The notes beneath the pieces were generated by a model. The model saw only the letters and a program-made list of their open reading frames with translations, did not search any database and was not told where the DNA came from. A program made the position numbers and the translations under genes. Below are positions 44,222 through 55,794 of a stretch of 64,000 bases of DNA, piece by piece (positions within the stretch are counted from its first letter, which is position 1; each line of letters opens with the position of its first letter). Origin of the DNA: Epithemia pelagica (taxonomy: Eukaryota > Protista > Bacillariophyta); NCBI GenBank assembly GCA_946965045.2, contig OX337233.1:3286001-3350000 (forward strand), read 5' to 3'.

Positions 44222-45071
44222 TTATAATTCGCCACATTGGACAATTTTCAAAGGGACTTGGGGTGTACTGCCATGTAGGGGTACGGCTTCGCATTTTCGA
44301 ACCGTCAACATGGAATCGGCATCCAACACTTTGCCAAAGACGACATGTTTGCCGTCCAGCCATTCCGTGGCGGCCAACGTAATAAAGAATTGAGACCCGT
44401 TGGTATTGGGACCGGAATTGGCACAACTCAACATGCCCGGTTGATGGTGTTTGTGTAGAAAATTCTCGTCGGCAAAGGTCGATCCATGGTAGATGGATGT
44501 CTTGCCGGTTCCATTGTGATTCAGGAAATCACCGCCTTGAATCATAAAGCCCTATAGAGAAAAACCGCCGGATGTTGTTGTCAAGAATGAGGGTGAGCGC
44601 TTGTCAAGCACCCAATCTTCAGTTCAGTATTGTCGTGCGTACCTTGATGACACGATGAAATACACTGTTTTTGTAACCTGTCGGTTGTTCGTTATGAAGA
44701 TACTCCCCCGTACAGAATTGTCGAAAGTTTTCGCACGTCTTGGGACACTGTTGTGGCAGCGTTGTAGAAAATCATGGAGAACCATGAGAGTCGACCAGAT
44801 GAGAAGAATTCCGCATAAGCAAAATTTCACAACACAAAGTAATATGGCAATAGAAACATGCAGTTACACGTACATCTCGTACAAAGAGTTCCAGCTTGAT
44901 ACGTCCCAAAAGCACTCCGTCGCCCAGTCCAACGTCCAGAAACACAACCGCATTGCCTCGTTCAATGGCCTGCATTACATTTGGATCGGGACCGGATATC
45001 GCTGGGATACCAGAAGTGGATACTGCCGGAGCGAGATTGGAAGACGGCACAGCTTGGGTCAAGGACGACAT
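44222..45071 (-). CDS. PPIH: Cyclophilin-type PPIase, cyclophilin H-like; two introns (first 44748-44873)
   Basis: VVFLDV…GRIKLELF|[15 protein letters not shown]…FHRVIK|GFMIQGGDF…[13 protein letters not shown]…[10 protein letters not shown]. Confidence 0.88.
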
Positions 45072-46031
45072 GATTGCAACAGCAAGGGGATACTGCCTAT
45101 TGTATTGGCCGCGGCGATGAAAGAGGAAAGAGATCTGCGACCACGCACGTGCAACATTTGCCTTGGCACAGGGACTGGAATGTTAGTGGGAACATTGCCG
45201 CCAAGATCCAATGACAACACCCTAATTGGACGAATACACGCCCAGACCGCACTTGTAGGATGACATTCTTCTTAGGGTTCAATACATGCGGGTCAAATCT
45301 CTATGGAAACTAAATTGTTTATCTAGGAGGAAATATGAAGAAGTCCTTACAAGTTGAACTCGACGGCGAGAACAACGACTCCCCCTTCAACAACACTTTC
45401 AGGACGTCGAAGGAACGCTTACCGAAAAAGTCACCAACGTTGTCACCACTTTCGCTCGAAAGACATCCAAAGTGCGTCAAGAAAAACAGATTCTGGACCA
45501 TGAGACCTTACCGACCACGACTCAATCTGTGCAGCTCATTCAAAGATGGCTTGTGGTTTGTGTTGCGAGATGTGGAACAAGCAAAGTTGCGGTTCGCGGT
45601 GTTCGGCTTTGGGTGAACCAAGGAGCAAACAAAGGGCACGTCTATTCCACCATCCTAAATTGTTTTCCAGTCATGCGAAGCAAGAAGGCATCAGTCCCTT
45701 TTCTTTTTTGTTGAGGAGCCGATTGAAAAGACTGCTTGGTGTCGCGGAGTCGACGATGACCAAGGCAACGCCACAAGAAGTCATCCTTGGCGCAAGTTGC
45801 AAATTCTCCAACCTAAGGCAAAATTCTGTACGACTTCCCGATCCATTGTCAGTTTTTCAGACGTTGTTAGGTAGTTGTCTTTTGGACACTACGTGTACCC
45901 ATGACGTTAGCTGTTTCTTCTAGACTAGAGCGCACGACACTGGGGGGTGTTAAGGGAGAGAGAAAAACGTTCGAGAGAGAAAAGGCCTACATCCGAATCA
46001 TTAAAAATTATTGTCGTTTGTTTGTTTCTCT

Positions 46032-47366
46032 TTAGACACCATACACCAACGATGCCTTTTCCAAGGCTGCATACAAGGTCGAAGCACGCTGTCGATGCAC
46101 ACACAAGGCATTGGAATGTTGCAGTTTGCAAGTTCTATAGGGACAGTGGGGTGATGCGTGGCACACAGTATCGGCGACTTGTTGCGCGGCACACGACGTT
46201 AAGCGAATCATGGTCTGGCCCCGTTGGCCCGGAAAATAACACGTCATGCCTACACCATCCAAACGATCAATCAATTCGCCAAACGTAAATGCCGGTCCCC
46301 CCATGGTCGCTGGAAAATGGAGGGGAAAGTTATTGGGGGTTTCCCACATGACGACTCGTATGGCATGGCGTTGCAATAATTCCGCCGCACCGACCATGAC
46401 ACGAGCATCGACGCCTTCGGCATCAATCTTTAAAACATCAATAACAATGTTGTCAACGTCGGAATTATCCCAACCATCACGATGAAACAAGTGGTCTTGC
46501 AATGCCAAGGTGTCCAATTTGGCCACAAGAGTATTGGGTGTGCGTTGCGTATTCTGGAGATTGATGCCACTTCCTTCGTTCCAGAACTGTGAAAAGTACA
46601 TTTCGGAATCATCATCAAAGGCCGCGATACGATGCCATTTCCAATGTTGTCTCAAGGCATCAAATTTGGTTTGATTGAGAAATTCTGGATGCATGTTGTA
46701 AACAGGAATGCTCGGTTCGAAAGAATGCACCATGAATGGATCCTTTTCGACATGGCCTGCTTGATGCGTCGCCAGGATGGGAGCGGCTGTTTCCAACCAT
46801 TGCTGTTCCGTTAGGTTGAGCTTCACACACATGGAGGTCACGCCACAGCGAGAACCGGTTTGGCTTTTGGTCAAATTATGACGTGCCCAGTAGCGGGCGA
46901 TCCAGTCATTCGCATATTCCGCTGGTGTAGGAGCCTGCCATGCATTTGGGCGCCACAATTGCAACCACCGCAAGCTCACCAGCCCCTTATTGGCTCCAAT
47001 GTCAATCAACGTGCGGGCATCGGGTAAATGTAAACGCAAAAGAGGAAAGAGGGGTGGCAAATTGTGTCGACCGGCATAGGCCGTCTGACAAGCCGTCGCG
47101 AGTTGATGTTGGACGGCGGCCGCGGTACATTCATGGGATTCACGTGGCAAAAGACCTCGGGAGATGACCTTGTGACGATCGTCGTCTTCCGAGACAACCG
47201 CCGCAAGGGATGTGGTGACTGAGGACACGTATTGCTCCGTAGACGCAACGAGAGCAAAGAGATCTTTTCCTTGGCGAATGGCTCCCAATATCTCATACCC
47301 AGTCAAAAAAAGGACGCAAATCGAACACATGGTGCTCAAACGACGACTTGAGGAACATTTCAACAT
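46032..47366 (-). CDS. FkbM-family SAM-dependent methyltransferase with an N-terminal membrane anchor
   Basis: LIDIGANKG, HSFEP, VLKIDAEGVD. Confidence 0.85.
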   Translation of the reverse strand: MLKCSSSRRLSTMCSICVLFLTGYEILGAIRQGKDLFALVASTEQYVSSVTTSLAAVVSEDDDRHKVISRGLLPRESHECTAAAVQHQLATACQTAYAGRHNLPPLFPLLRLHLPDARTLIDIGANKGLVSLRWLQLWRPNAWQAPTPAEYANDWIARYWARHNLTKSQTGSRCGVTSMCVKLNLTEQQWLETAAPILATHQAGHVEKDPFMVHSFEPSIPVYNMHPEFLNQTKFDALRQHWKWHRIAAFDDDSEMYFSQFWNEGSGINLQNTQRTPNTLVAKLDTLALQDHLFHRDGWDNSDVDNIVIDVLKIDAEGVDARVMVGAAELLQRHAIRVVMWETPNNFPLHFPATMGGPAFTFGELIDRLDGVGMTCYFPGQRGQTMIRLTSCAAQQVADTVCHASPHCPYRTCKLQHSNALCVHRQRASTLYAALEKASLVYGV

Positions 47367-47450
47367 TGTACTGTATAGAAAAACGCGTCTTGTTGCCTCG
47401 GTGGAGTGGGAGTTTTTTTTTGTTGCGTTTTTTTGTGAAGAAACCAGTCT

Positions 47451-47640
47451 ACTGCTCATCCAAATGCATTTTCAGCTCACAGGCATAATACCGGTCATTA
47501 GTGACTTGGATGTACAAGTAGGATAGGGCTAGAAACTGAAAAGACCACTGCTCATCCCAATGCATTTTCAGCTCACAGGCATAATACCGGTCATTAGTGA
47601 CTTGGATGTAGGATATGCCATACCCATGTATAATGGTAGG
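47451..47640 (+). repeat. Direct-repeat block 1: dimer of a 90-96-bp unit plus a shared tail
   Basis: Core TTCAGCTCACAGGCATAATACCGGTCATTAGTGACTTGGATGTA occurs twice (period 96), then GGATATGCCATACCCATGTATAATGGTAGG. Confidence 0.92.
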
Positions 47641-48502
47641 GTGCGATTGGGGGGGTACCTTTGTTCGTCCGTCATCCGAATGGAAAAAAATTGTCTCGTA
47701 TTTTTTCCCAAAGCGCCAGCCGGGTGATATCGCCAGCCTCCCTTCGATCGTTCGAAATCGACACGCCGGTCACGCCTTGTATTGCTGGCACATGGGCCAA
47801 GAATCGTCTCACTTTTCGAGCAACACCACAAAAGACGACCATGAGCAGTGAGCACACCAAAAACCAAAAGAAAACCACCCAGCCGGACGAACGACCAAAG
47901 TGACAACTTTATGGTCAAAACCATCCACCTAGATCACAAGTGAAGGTGGAATGCATCAAAGGAAGGATGACTACATGAAACATGACAATCCACCAGTGCA
48001 ATGAACAATCAACCAGTGCACTGGTTGACAGCGTCATCATGGGGTATGTAAGCCCAGGAAGCAGGAAGCCTAAACTAGTAGTGGACTATGCTTTTATCTT
48101 TCCCATAGACAAAGTGCCAGGAGCTTGTTTTGATACTCCTCTAGAGGTGCATTGCACCATGTGTTGTATTTCTCATGGTTTGGTGTGTGTGTGTGTGATG
48201 ATTCCGTGAAGCTAGATCCACTACTGCGTAAAGAGTACTCGCTTCTGAAACAAAAGACTATTGAGTACAAAATGGGCTTGTAGATTTCTTTGTCCATGTC
48301 TCGTCAAGTCTCACGGCTCACGGTCATGCATGAGCGCAAGCGGCTACACAATAGGGCGAAGCCAGTTATTACAGTTGGCTTGGACGTTATAATAATGTGC
48401 TAAATCGAAAGACATTTGACAGAAATAATTTTTACATTTTTTAGGAAAATTTGAGAATAACCGTATGGACAGCAGACGGGAGGTACCCCCGCAATCGGAG
48501 GG

Positions 48503-48666
48503 TTCAGCTCTCAGGCATAATACCGGTCATTAGTGACTTGGATGTAGGATAGGGCTACAAACTGAAAAGACCACTGCTCATCCCAATGCATTTTCAGCTC
48601 ACAGGCATAATACCGGTCATTAGTGACTTGGATGTAGGATATGCCATACCCATGTATAATGGTAGG
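48503..48666 (+). repeat. Direct-repeat block 2: the same dimer (period 90) plus the same tail
   Basis: Matches 47451-47640, about 1.03 kb downstream. Confidence 0.92.
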
Positions 48667-49197
48667 AGTAGGACGTAAAAATTATGATCTTTAGGAATTA
48701 GGCTAGGAAAGTGAGCGATGGCCAGAGAAGCCATCTGCACACGGGACAAGGACGGACTGAGTTCTGCGAACGTCCAGAAATAATTAGCCGTCGGCTTGTT
48801 ATCGGATTTAACAGTGTGACATGCCCGCTTGATCTTGGTCCTCTAGGCAATACTGTATTTGATTATTTTGGCGACTGTCCCACTCCCGCATTCGCCGTCT
48901 GTGCTCGCGAAACAAATTTGTGAGTGCACTGGATCGAGTGTTGCATGCCAAACCAAAGACTGCTTAGAACTCTCCAGTGTGCTAGTTTGTGTACATGGAA
49001 CCCAAACCGTCGGATCGTCTCACAAGATTGTATCCCCCCAGCAGTTGCCAAATAACACAGACAGAGCAACCGAAGACCGAAGCACCTCTTCTTCTGCAGT
49101 GTCGCTGCATTACCCATCTGCTGCTCCACGAGAGCTCAAAAAAATAATCCAGCAACCAGAATCAAAAAACACGTTTCCAAATCTCTCCTGCTACACG

Positions 49198-49629
49198 ATG
49201 ACACGGATCATGAGAAGTCGAACTCCTGCCCCCGAACAACAACAACAACAACAACAACAAAAGTCGGAAGGAGTGGAGCGTCATGCCTTGAACAAACGCC
49301 CATCGCGTCGAAGACACCAACGCCAATCGTCCAAACGAAAAATACATCCAGTGGATACCACCACCATCACCATCACTACCAGCACAACATCCAAACTCCC
49401 CGCAACCTCCTCCCGACATGTGAAGTCATCAGTACCACCACCGCCGCAAGTCCCGGAAAGTACCCTTTCGTCACCACCATTCGCCGGACACCACCACCAC
49501 CACAAGAGCCGAAGACGATTTCATCATGGACGACTTCGAGCTTTGAGTCAACACATGAGAGGCCACAAGTGTGTGACGTGCAATCAACCACGACGTAGTT
49601 GTCAATGTCATGTCGTTTCCAGTGAATAA
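49198..49629 (+). CDS. Hypothetical small basic protein ending in a Cys/His cluster (HKCVTC…CQCH)
   Basis: ATG 49198, poly-Q and poly-H tracts; no family recognised. Confidence 0.4.
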   Translation: MTRIMRSRTPAPEQQQQQQQQKSEGVERHALNKRPSRRRHQRQSSKRKIHPVDTTTITITTSTTSKLPATSSRHVKSSVPPPPQVPESTLSSPPFAGHHHHHKSRRRFHHGRLRALSQHMRGHKCVTCNQPRRSCQCHVVSSE

Positions 49630-49752
49630 GATTGGAAGGCCTGGGCCGTAGCCGCGGCCACGGCCGAATGTTCGGCTCCCTCCTCTTCGGAACGCTCGAG
49701 TCACGATTCGTACCATGCGCACCCCACGTCTCTTTATCATCGTCGGCCCTGT

Positions 49753-50163
49753 ATGGAACCCATCCATCTACCCACCTTGCCCTTGTGCTGTTGTCCACCA
49801 CCATCCTCGACTGGAAAACAACCGAAACAACCACAGCAAGAAGAAGAAGAGAGTGGCAATGGCACCATGAAACACACACGACGGTCCTCCTTGTCCATTC
49901 TTGTGACACCACCACCCTCACTTGGCAACCAAGATGCTCCTCCTCGTCCCGACACTTTGGAACATGTCGTCATGCAACTCCAATTGGAGGAACCTTGCAA
50001 CGGCAACAAAAAGAGTCTTCTGTTGAACAAACAAGCACCGGCTGAATGGGATCATGTCAGTGACTTTTACGATCGACCCGACAATGTCCCCTTGACGTCA
50101 ACCGTGCTGAGTGAAGAGGACGATGAGGAAGGGTCGTCCTCGCACGAGTTTTCGACCCATTGA
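49753..50163 (+). CDS. Hypothetical protein (136 aa)
   Basis: Open ORF with an ATG start; no family recognised. Confidence 0.35.
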   Translation: MEPIHLPTLPLCCCPPPSSTGKQPKQPQQEEEESGNGTMKHTRRSSLSILVTPPPSLGNQDAPPRPDTLEHVVMQLQLEEPCNGNKKSLLLNKQAPAEWDHVSDFYDRPDNVPLTSTVLSEEDDEEGSSSHEFSTH

Positions 50164-50887
50164 ATCTTTTTGTAATTTTGAATCCCAAACGACTTTTTTG
50201 AACTGTAACCTCTAGAAAGCTATTCAGGTTTTCTGTCATCTACCCACACTGAGTGTTGTAGAGTATGGAGTTGATGAACCATGGACTCGTAGTGTTTGTC
50301 TCGTAGCATAGAGGAACTACATGGTATTGTCGCAATGAACTTGACAATGCCACAACAGAGTCCCTCTAAACACCCATCGTAACCAGACAGGACCCATCTT
50401 TTCTCTCTCAAGAGGGAAAGTACAGGGGCAATCCAGTGCAGGAGGCAATCCAGAAGGACCGACCGAAGCGGCCAGTGACACTGCCGAGGGAATCAAGATC
50501 CTACCTAGCTAGTATTGTGGATTCACCAGATGGATGAGTACTCCAGACAAGCATAAACAGAACAAAATCGAACATGCGAAAATCCATTGTCCGCAACAAG
50601 GCTATCTAGGAAGTTCAAGGGATTGTTCGTTCCATGGTTGCCATCGAGATTGACACTCAACTATACCTCTAGAGTTCCGTGTGAAGATGTTAGTAAGGTG
50701 TCTTGGGCTAGTTTTCGTGCACTCCTGACCGTCAACGGTTTGTGCTCTACCAGAAGTTTCTCGATGACCTTTCGGTCGCATAAACTCTGAATCTATGACC
50801 TTTTAGTCGTGTTTTTGTGCTGCGAGGCGAACCTAACTCGTACGTCGTCCTCACAATCTGCAAAATCTTCGAAAAGATACGACGACA

Positions 50888-51949
50888 ATGATGATCGGAA
50901 AACCGTTCCGCACTCTGGCTAGCCACTCTGGTTTCCCTCTTCTGGTAACGTTGCTACTCCCTTCCCATGTACTCTCGTATGAAATGGCAGCGTATTGCGG
51001 ATATGATTGGCTTACCCCATGCTCTATTGTGCCGTCAACATGGAAGCGTCTCAATGGCGCGTTTGGCCCGGACATTCAAGAGACTCCACCCATTGTTCCG
51101 AGTAAATTCTCTCCTTCCATGAACTACTTGACGCTCGGTGGATATAAAGGTATGTTCAAGAAGGAAGGAATGTGTGCAGCTCCTCTCGATGCGGTCTGTG
51201 GGTCTTTATTTTGCTCACTTCTTGGACTTTGTTCGGTTGTGTTACGAATAACAGTGTATGGAACAGTGCCCGATGCCGACAAAGTCGTTGAAATGATGAA
51301 ACACGCGAATTGTGACAATGTAGACTACGATATGGAAGGCGTTTTAGAGGGCCAATATGGCCTGGTCGACACTCTGACCAACAATGTGAGGAGTCTCCAG
51401 CCCAATGCAAAGTTCTCGATCACTTGCTTGTCTGGAGACTATGGGCAAATGGAAGGCATCCAATCTAACTTTGATGACATTGGCATTATGATTCATGCCG
51501 ATTCTATGCAAAGTGGGGGTTGGGATATTCCTCAAAATAATCCTGAGGGTGGAAGTACTTGGAGGTATATACAAAATTGGATCAATTCCAGCGTCGACAA
51601 CAGCAAGATAGTTTTGTCCATCACGACAAATGGTCTACAAGTACGTGTGCTTGGTCGATTTCTGTCATTTTCTCTCGTTTCTTTCTTACCCTCGCGCCTA
51701 TCTTCTGTTCGTGTTGTCCTGTCTCCTTTCCTTTTATAAATGAATGCGTGTTTCCTCGGGTTATAGCCTTACATGGTGGATTGGTTGAAAAGCGTCATCC
51801 AGCAGTACGGAATGAAGGGAATGTCCGTGTGGAAGCTCAAAGACTTGGACTCCACGGGTGTAACGATTGAGTGCCTGGAGAATATGTACGTGAGTTGTGT
51901 TGCTAGCGCACCAATGGAACATAGCCAAGAACACGACACCGAACTGTAG
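50888..51949 (+). CDS. Secreted GH18 (chitinase-like) glycoside hydrolase; introns 51150-51254 and 51641-51766
   Basis: Signal-like N-terminus; DNVDYDME (DxxDxDxE); SKIVLSI; GMKGMSVW after splicing. The 3' end is uncertain. Confidence 0.7.
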
Positions 51950-52006
51950 AGTTGATAGTGGACTGAAGATAGCGTGTTGTGTGGCTTAACTATGTTGCAA
52001 TTAAAA

Positions 52007-52145
52007 CATGATTGTGCCTTTATTCATGACACCAGACGACAATGATACTGGTATGGTTTGACTGACGATTGTGTGTGGCTCAAAATGTTGTGAATAGACC
52101 ATGATTGTGCCTTTATTCATGGCAACAGACGACAATGATACTGGT
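52007..52145 (+). repeat. 46-bp direct repeat, two copies (52007-52052 and 52100-52145)
   Basis: CATGATTGTGCCTTTATTCATG(A/G)CA(C/A)CAGACGACAATGATACTGGT. Confidence 0.85.
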
Positions 52146-52164
52146 GTGAACCTGTGTGTTGTTT

Positions 52165-52830
52165 TCAATTGTTGTCTTCATTCATTTCATCCAAAATGGC
52201 CATGAAAGCCACAATGATGCATGGATCAATACCCACACCCATGCGAATCTCCCACTGATTGCCGGTAAAGATTCCCATATTGATTTCCTTGGCGTGGACA
52301 CAGACCTTATCATTGCGTGTAATGCGCAATTGCCTCAAGTCCAGTTTGGATCCGACCCCATCCGACACAAATTCCGCTCCATCCGTCATGGTCAAGATTT
52401 TGCGCACCAAAAAGAACTTGTCCTTCATTTTTGGCATATTCGTACAAGGGTTTATCGTCGTGTGTCAAATTCTCGGAGGGTGCTTGTCCTTCCATGTAGG
52501 GTACAAATCCATAAATTTTGAAGGTAGTTTCTCATCGCAAATGCATGCGCAACAAGACACAGAGGGGTTCGCCCGTTTCGACCTTGCGCAAGACCATGCG
52601 ATCTCGCCACGACAAGGCCTTGCCCTTGACATCGACTGGGAAGGTTGTTGATCGCCTGCCTGATAAATATTAAAGGAATCTCCGGACCAGGATTTCCACC
52701 AGCGTTCCTTCATGACAATGTGATGAATTTGATCGGTGGCAAACAAGCCCGGTGCCACATATCGAGTTGGTGCCTCGTGGACGATATTGAAATCAGCTTC
52801 GGTCGGCACTGGTGTCGAATGCTTAAACAT
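52165..52830 (-). pseudogene. LURP1/Tubby-C2-like (scramblase fold) pseudogene
   Basis: IVMKERWWKSWSGDSFNI…[1-bp deletion near 52640] PVDVKGKALSWRDRMVL…[TGA 52532-52534]…[1-bp insertion near 52431]…RMGVGIDPCIIVAFMAILDE. Confidence 0.7.
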
Positions 52831-53223
52831 AATGATACTGAGAAGGAAGCTGTGCAGTCAAAGCTTGTAATGCCAGACTATGGGCTCTATTATATCGGGC
52901 TCTTACTGGGTTGTGAGTTTGTCGTTGGTTGGCACATCTGAACTCTGAACCAAAAAGATTCATTATTCTCTCTTTTGGGGGAAACAAAAACTTTGAAAGT
53001 TTCTGTTCTTGAGAAAGAGGGGGGACCCCTTCTTTTAAGTTTCGTTGCTCCATGGCATGCAGCTTGGATGCATGGAAGGAACCTTGCCGCCGCAACGACA
53101 ACGACAAGCGTGCGTTGCGGTCGCTACATGCGCAAGAAGACGACGCTGTGTCGAGAGAACAGAAGAATCCCTGCTACCGTACTCTCTTTTGGGGTATGAG
53201 AAGGACGGTTGCACAACAATAGA

Positions 53224-55794
53224 ATGATTGCCAGTGGACCGACAGAGGACGTTGCTTCCCACCACTCGAATGCAGCACCAGCAGCAGCCAACAATCATCA
53301 AAATGGTGCCGATACCACCACCCAATCTCGTCGTCATCCCGAGGGACAGTTGGAATCATGCTTGCCGTCGTCGTCGTCAAATTCCATCCCATCTCCTCCT
53401 CCTCCTCCTCCAAAGATTGGAACCCAGAAACGACCACGAGGAGGAGGATATCCGTACGGTGCTTCCCTGACTGGCGACATGTTGGACGACTTGCGAATTG
53501 CCATTGTCGGAACGGGCTTGGCCGGTTTGTCCACAGCCTTGTCGTTGGAGCAAGTGGGGTATCGTCAGATTACTTTGTACGAACGCGATGCTAGTTGGGA
53601 TGCCCGCAAGGAAGGCTATGGATTAACCTTGACGTACGATCCACGTGGGACCTTGAATGCCCTACAAGTCTTGGACGAATTGGCCGCCGACGATTGTCCC
53701 AGTCGATCGCATTACTTGTTCCAGGCCGACGGATCTGTCGTGGGATACTTTGGCAATGCCTTTTCCATGGTCCGCGGAGAACAACAACAATCACAACGAG
53801 CACGACGACGCGGAGTGGGACAACGAGGCAATTTACGAGTGCCGCGTCAAACGGTACGAAAACGATTGTTGGAGAAATTGCAACATTCCAAAATTGCCTG
53901 GAATCACAAACTTGTGGATCTGAAACAGTGCTGTGAGAATGACAATGATCCAACCAATACTACTTCGGAACTGGAGCTCGTGTTTGAGTGTCCACCGCAA
54001 AACACGGAAACGAACGACGACGACAACACTTGCAGTGATACAGCAACAACAGACGCTTGCGACTCGGGCGATTTTCGTCATCATAATGATAGAATTACCG
54101 TTCGCGCGGATTTGATAGTGGCAGCCGATGGGATTCGATCGGCCGTCGTGCGGACGTGGATTCCTCGTCTCCCTCCACCCCGTTCTCTCGACGTGTGTTG
54201 CATTTTGGGACTCACTCAAGGCTTTGTGCACGAATTGTTGGATGAACGAGGCTTTTATACGACATGTACTGCCATGGGTGCCCGTTTGTTTGTCATGCCC
54301 TATGCTGGCAATCGGTTGGATCCTCTCGCCCAACGACGATTCATGTGGCAACTTTCCTTTCCCAGCACCTTGTTGTGGTGGCGCCACGATCCACCGCAAA
54401 CAACAACAACAACAACCACGAATACAACCATGGACTCGGAGACTCCAGAGGATGCAACGTCCCACCACCCACTAATACCAAGTGGTCCCGAGTTGCTCCA
54501 ACAGGCCCTGTCGATTTGTCAGGAGTGGCATTCCCCCGTTCCTGACTTGTTGCAAGCCACACCTGTTTCGACAGTCTGGGGCACGCTCTTGTGCGATCGT
54601 GATCCCAATCTCGTCTATGAACACTTGAAGAAGCAACAGCAACCACAACAATTTCAACGCGTGTTGGTGGTGGGCGATGCCTTGCATGCCATGAGTCCCT
54701 TCAAGGGACAGGGAGCCAATCAAGCCTTGTACGATGGTCGAGTGGTGGCCGAGTGGTTGAATCCAAACCCTCCAACCAACAGCAACAATACCAACCAAAA
54801 GAAGAAGAAACAAGCCAAGACACGACATTTGGACAAGGCTGTATTGGGTTGTCTCCGAGAACTCATGCAACGGACTCGCGGAATTGTCGAGGCATCCCGA
54901 CAGGCCTCGGCCTTTTGGCATTCGTCGTCGTCGTCGTCGTCGTCGTCTTTGGTGTCCACCACCACCACCAACGATACCATTCCATCCATGGTGGATTCCA
55001 ACAATCCTCACATCAAATTTGCTGGTGTGGCACCCGAAGCTCTGCCCCGACTCTTGCAAGAGCTTCAAACTCAAAACATTGGCGCCGGTTCCTGCGACAA
55101 TCTCGATGCCGCCATTGCCCAAGTCCTATTTGCATCTGTTCAACGAAACGAAGAAACGAATGCCACGCACTCCAAACCAACTGCCAAGAAAGACGACGAC
55201 GACTACGACTCCAACCGAGTGGTAGTATCATCCATGACAGAGACAAGAGATTGCATCGAAACCATGAGACCACCAGGCCCATTGACGAATACTAGCTGGT
55301 TGTCGTGGAGTGCCAACGTGTGGCTTGCCACCCGACAAGGCGATTTGGGTCGATTGCGTCGATTGTCGTGGGAAGGACAACAACGACAACAAACTCAAAC
55401 TCAGGTACCATTCGGTGGTAATAGAAGTTGGTTGTTGTGTGAGCTGCGGGATGACACGGAAACGGAAAATACCTTGTTGCATGTGGCCGTCACGGCCGCG
55501 TCGTCCAAGCATCCTCCTTCCTCCAAGGATGCCTTGTTGTCGGTTGTGGTTTGGTTGGTCCGAGAAGCAGGATGCGACGTGCAGGCTCGCAATACCAAGG
55601 GACAAACGCCCTTGGACCTTCTCCTCCTCGTATTACATGAGTTTCCAGGATTGGAACCACCGCCGCATGGCATCACCAGCGCCACGTCGTCGCAGGTCGT
55701 TCCTCGGACGGACGACGACGACAACAACCATCATGTCGCCGCTTCCATGGCAGGACTCTTGAAACGTCTGGCAGCGTTGCAACTCTCGTCGTAG
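53224..55794 (+). CDS. FAD-dependent monooxygenase fused to C-terminal ankyrin-like repeats
   Basis: IAIVGTGLAGLS (GxGxxG), LIVAADGIRS (DG), VVGDALHAMSPFKGQGANQA (GD); ankyrin NTLLHVAV…ARNTKGQTPLDL. Confidence 0.85.
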   Translation: MIASGPTEDVASHHSNAAPAAANNHQNGADTTTQSRRHPEGQLESCLPSSSSNSIPSPPPPPPKIGTQKRPRGGGYPYGASLTGDMLDDLRIAIVGTGLAGLSTALSLEQVGYRQITLYERDASWDARKEGYGLTLTYDPRGTLNALQVLDELAADDCPSRSHYLFQADGSVVGYFGNAFSMVRGEQQQSQRARRRGVGQRGNLRVPRQTVRKRLLEKLQHSKIAWNHKLVDLKQCCENDNDPTNTTSELELVFECPPQNTETNDDDNTCSDTATTDACDSGDFRHHNDRITVRADLIVAADGIRSAVVRTWIPRLPPPRSLDVCCILGLTQGFVHELLDERGFYTTCTAMGARLFVMPYAGNRLDPLAQRRFMWQLSFPSTLLWWRHDPPQTTTTTTTNTTMDSETPEDATSHHPLIPSGPELLQQALSICQEWHSPVPDLLQATPVSTVWGTLLCDRDPNLVYEHLKKQQQPQQFQRVLVVGDALHAMSPFKGQGANQALYDGRVVAEWLNPNPPTNSNNTNQKKKKQAKTRHLDKAVLGCLRELMQRTRGIVEASRQASAFWHSSSSSSSSSLVSTTTTNDTIPSMVDSNNPHIKFAGVAPEALPRLLQELQTQNIGAGSCDNLDAAIAQVLFASVQRNEETNATHSKPTAKKDDDDYDSNRVVVSSMTETRDCIETMRPPGPLTNTSWLSWSANVWLATRQGDLGRLRRLSWEGQQRQQTQTQVPFGGNRSWLLCELRDDTETENTLLHVAVTAASSKHPPSSKDALLSVVVWLVREAGCDVQARNTKGQTPLDLLLLVLHEFPGLEPPPHGITSATSSQVVPRTDDDDNNHHVAASMAGLLKRLAALQLSS

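Noticed and set aside
47451-48666. CRISPR array interpretation of the repeats
   Set aside because: The units are 90 bp, the intervening sequence is itself repeated (no unique spacers), there are no cas genes, and the context is eukaryotic.
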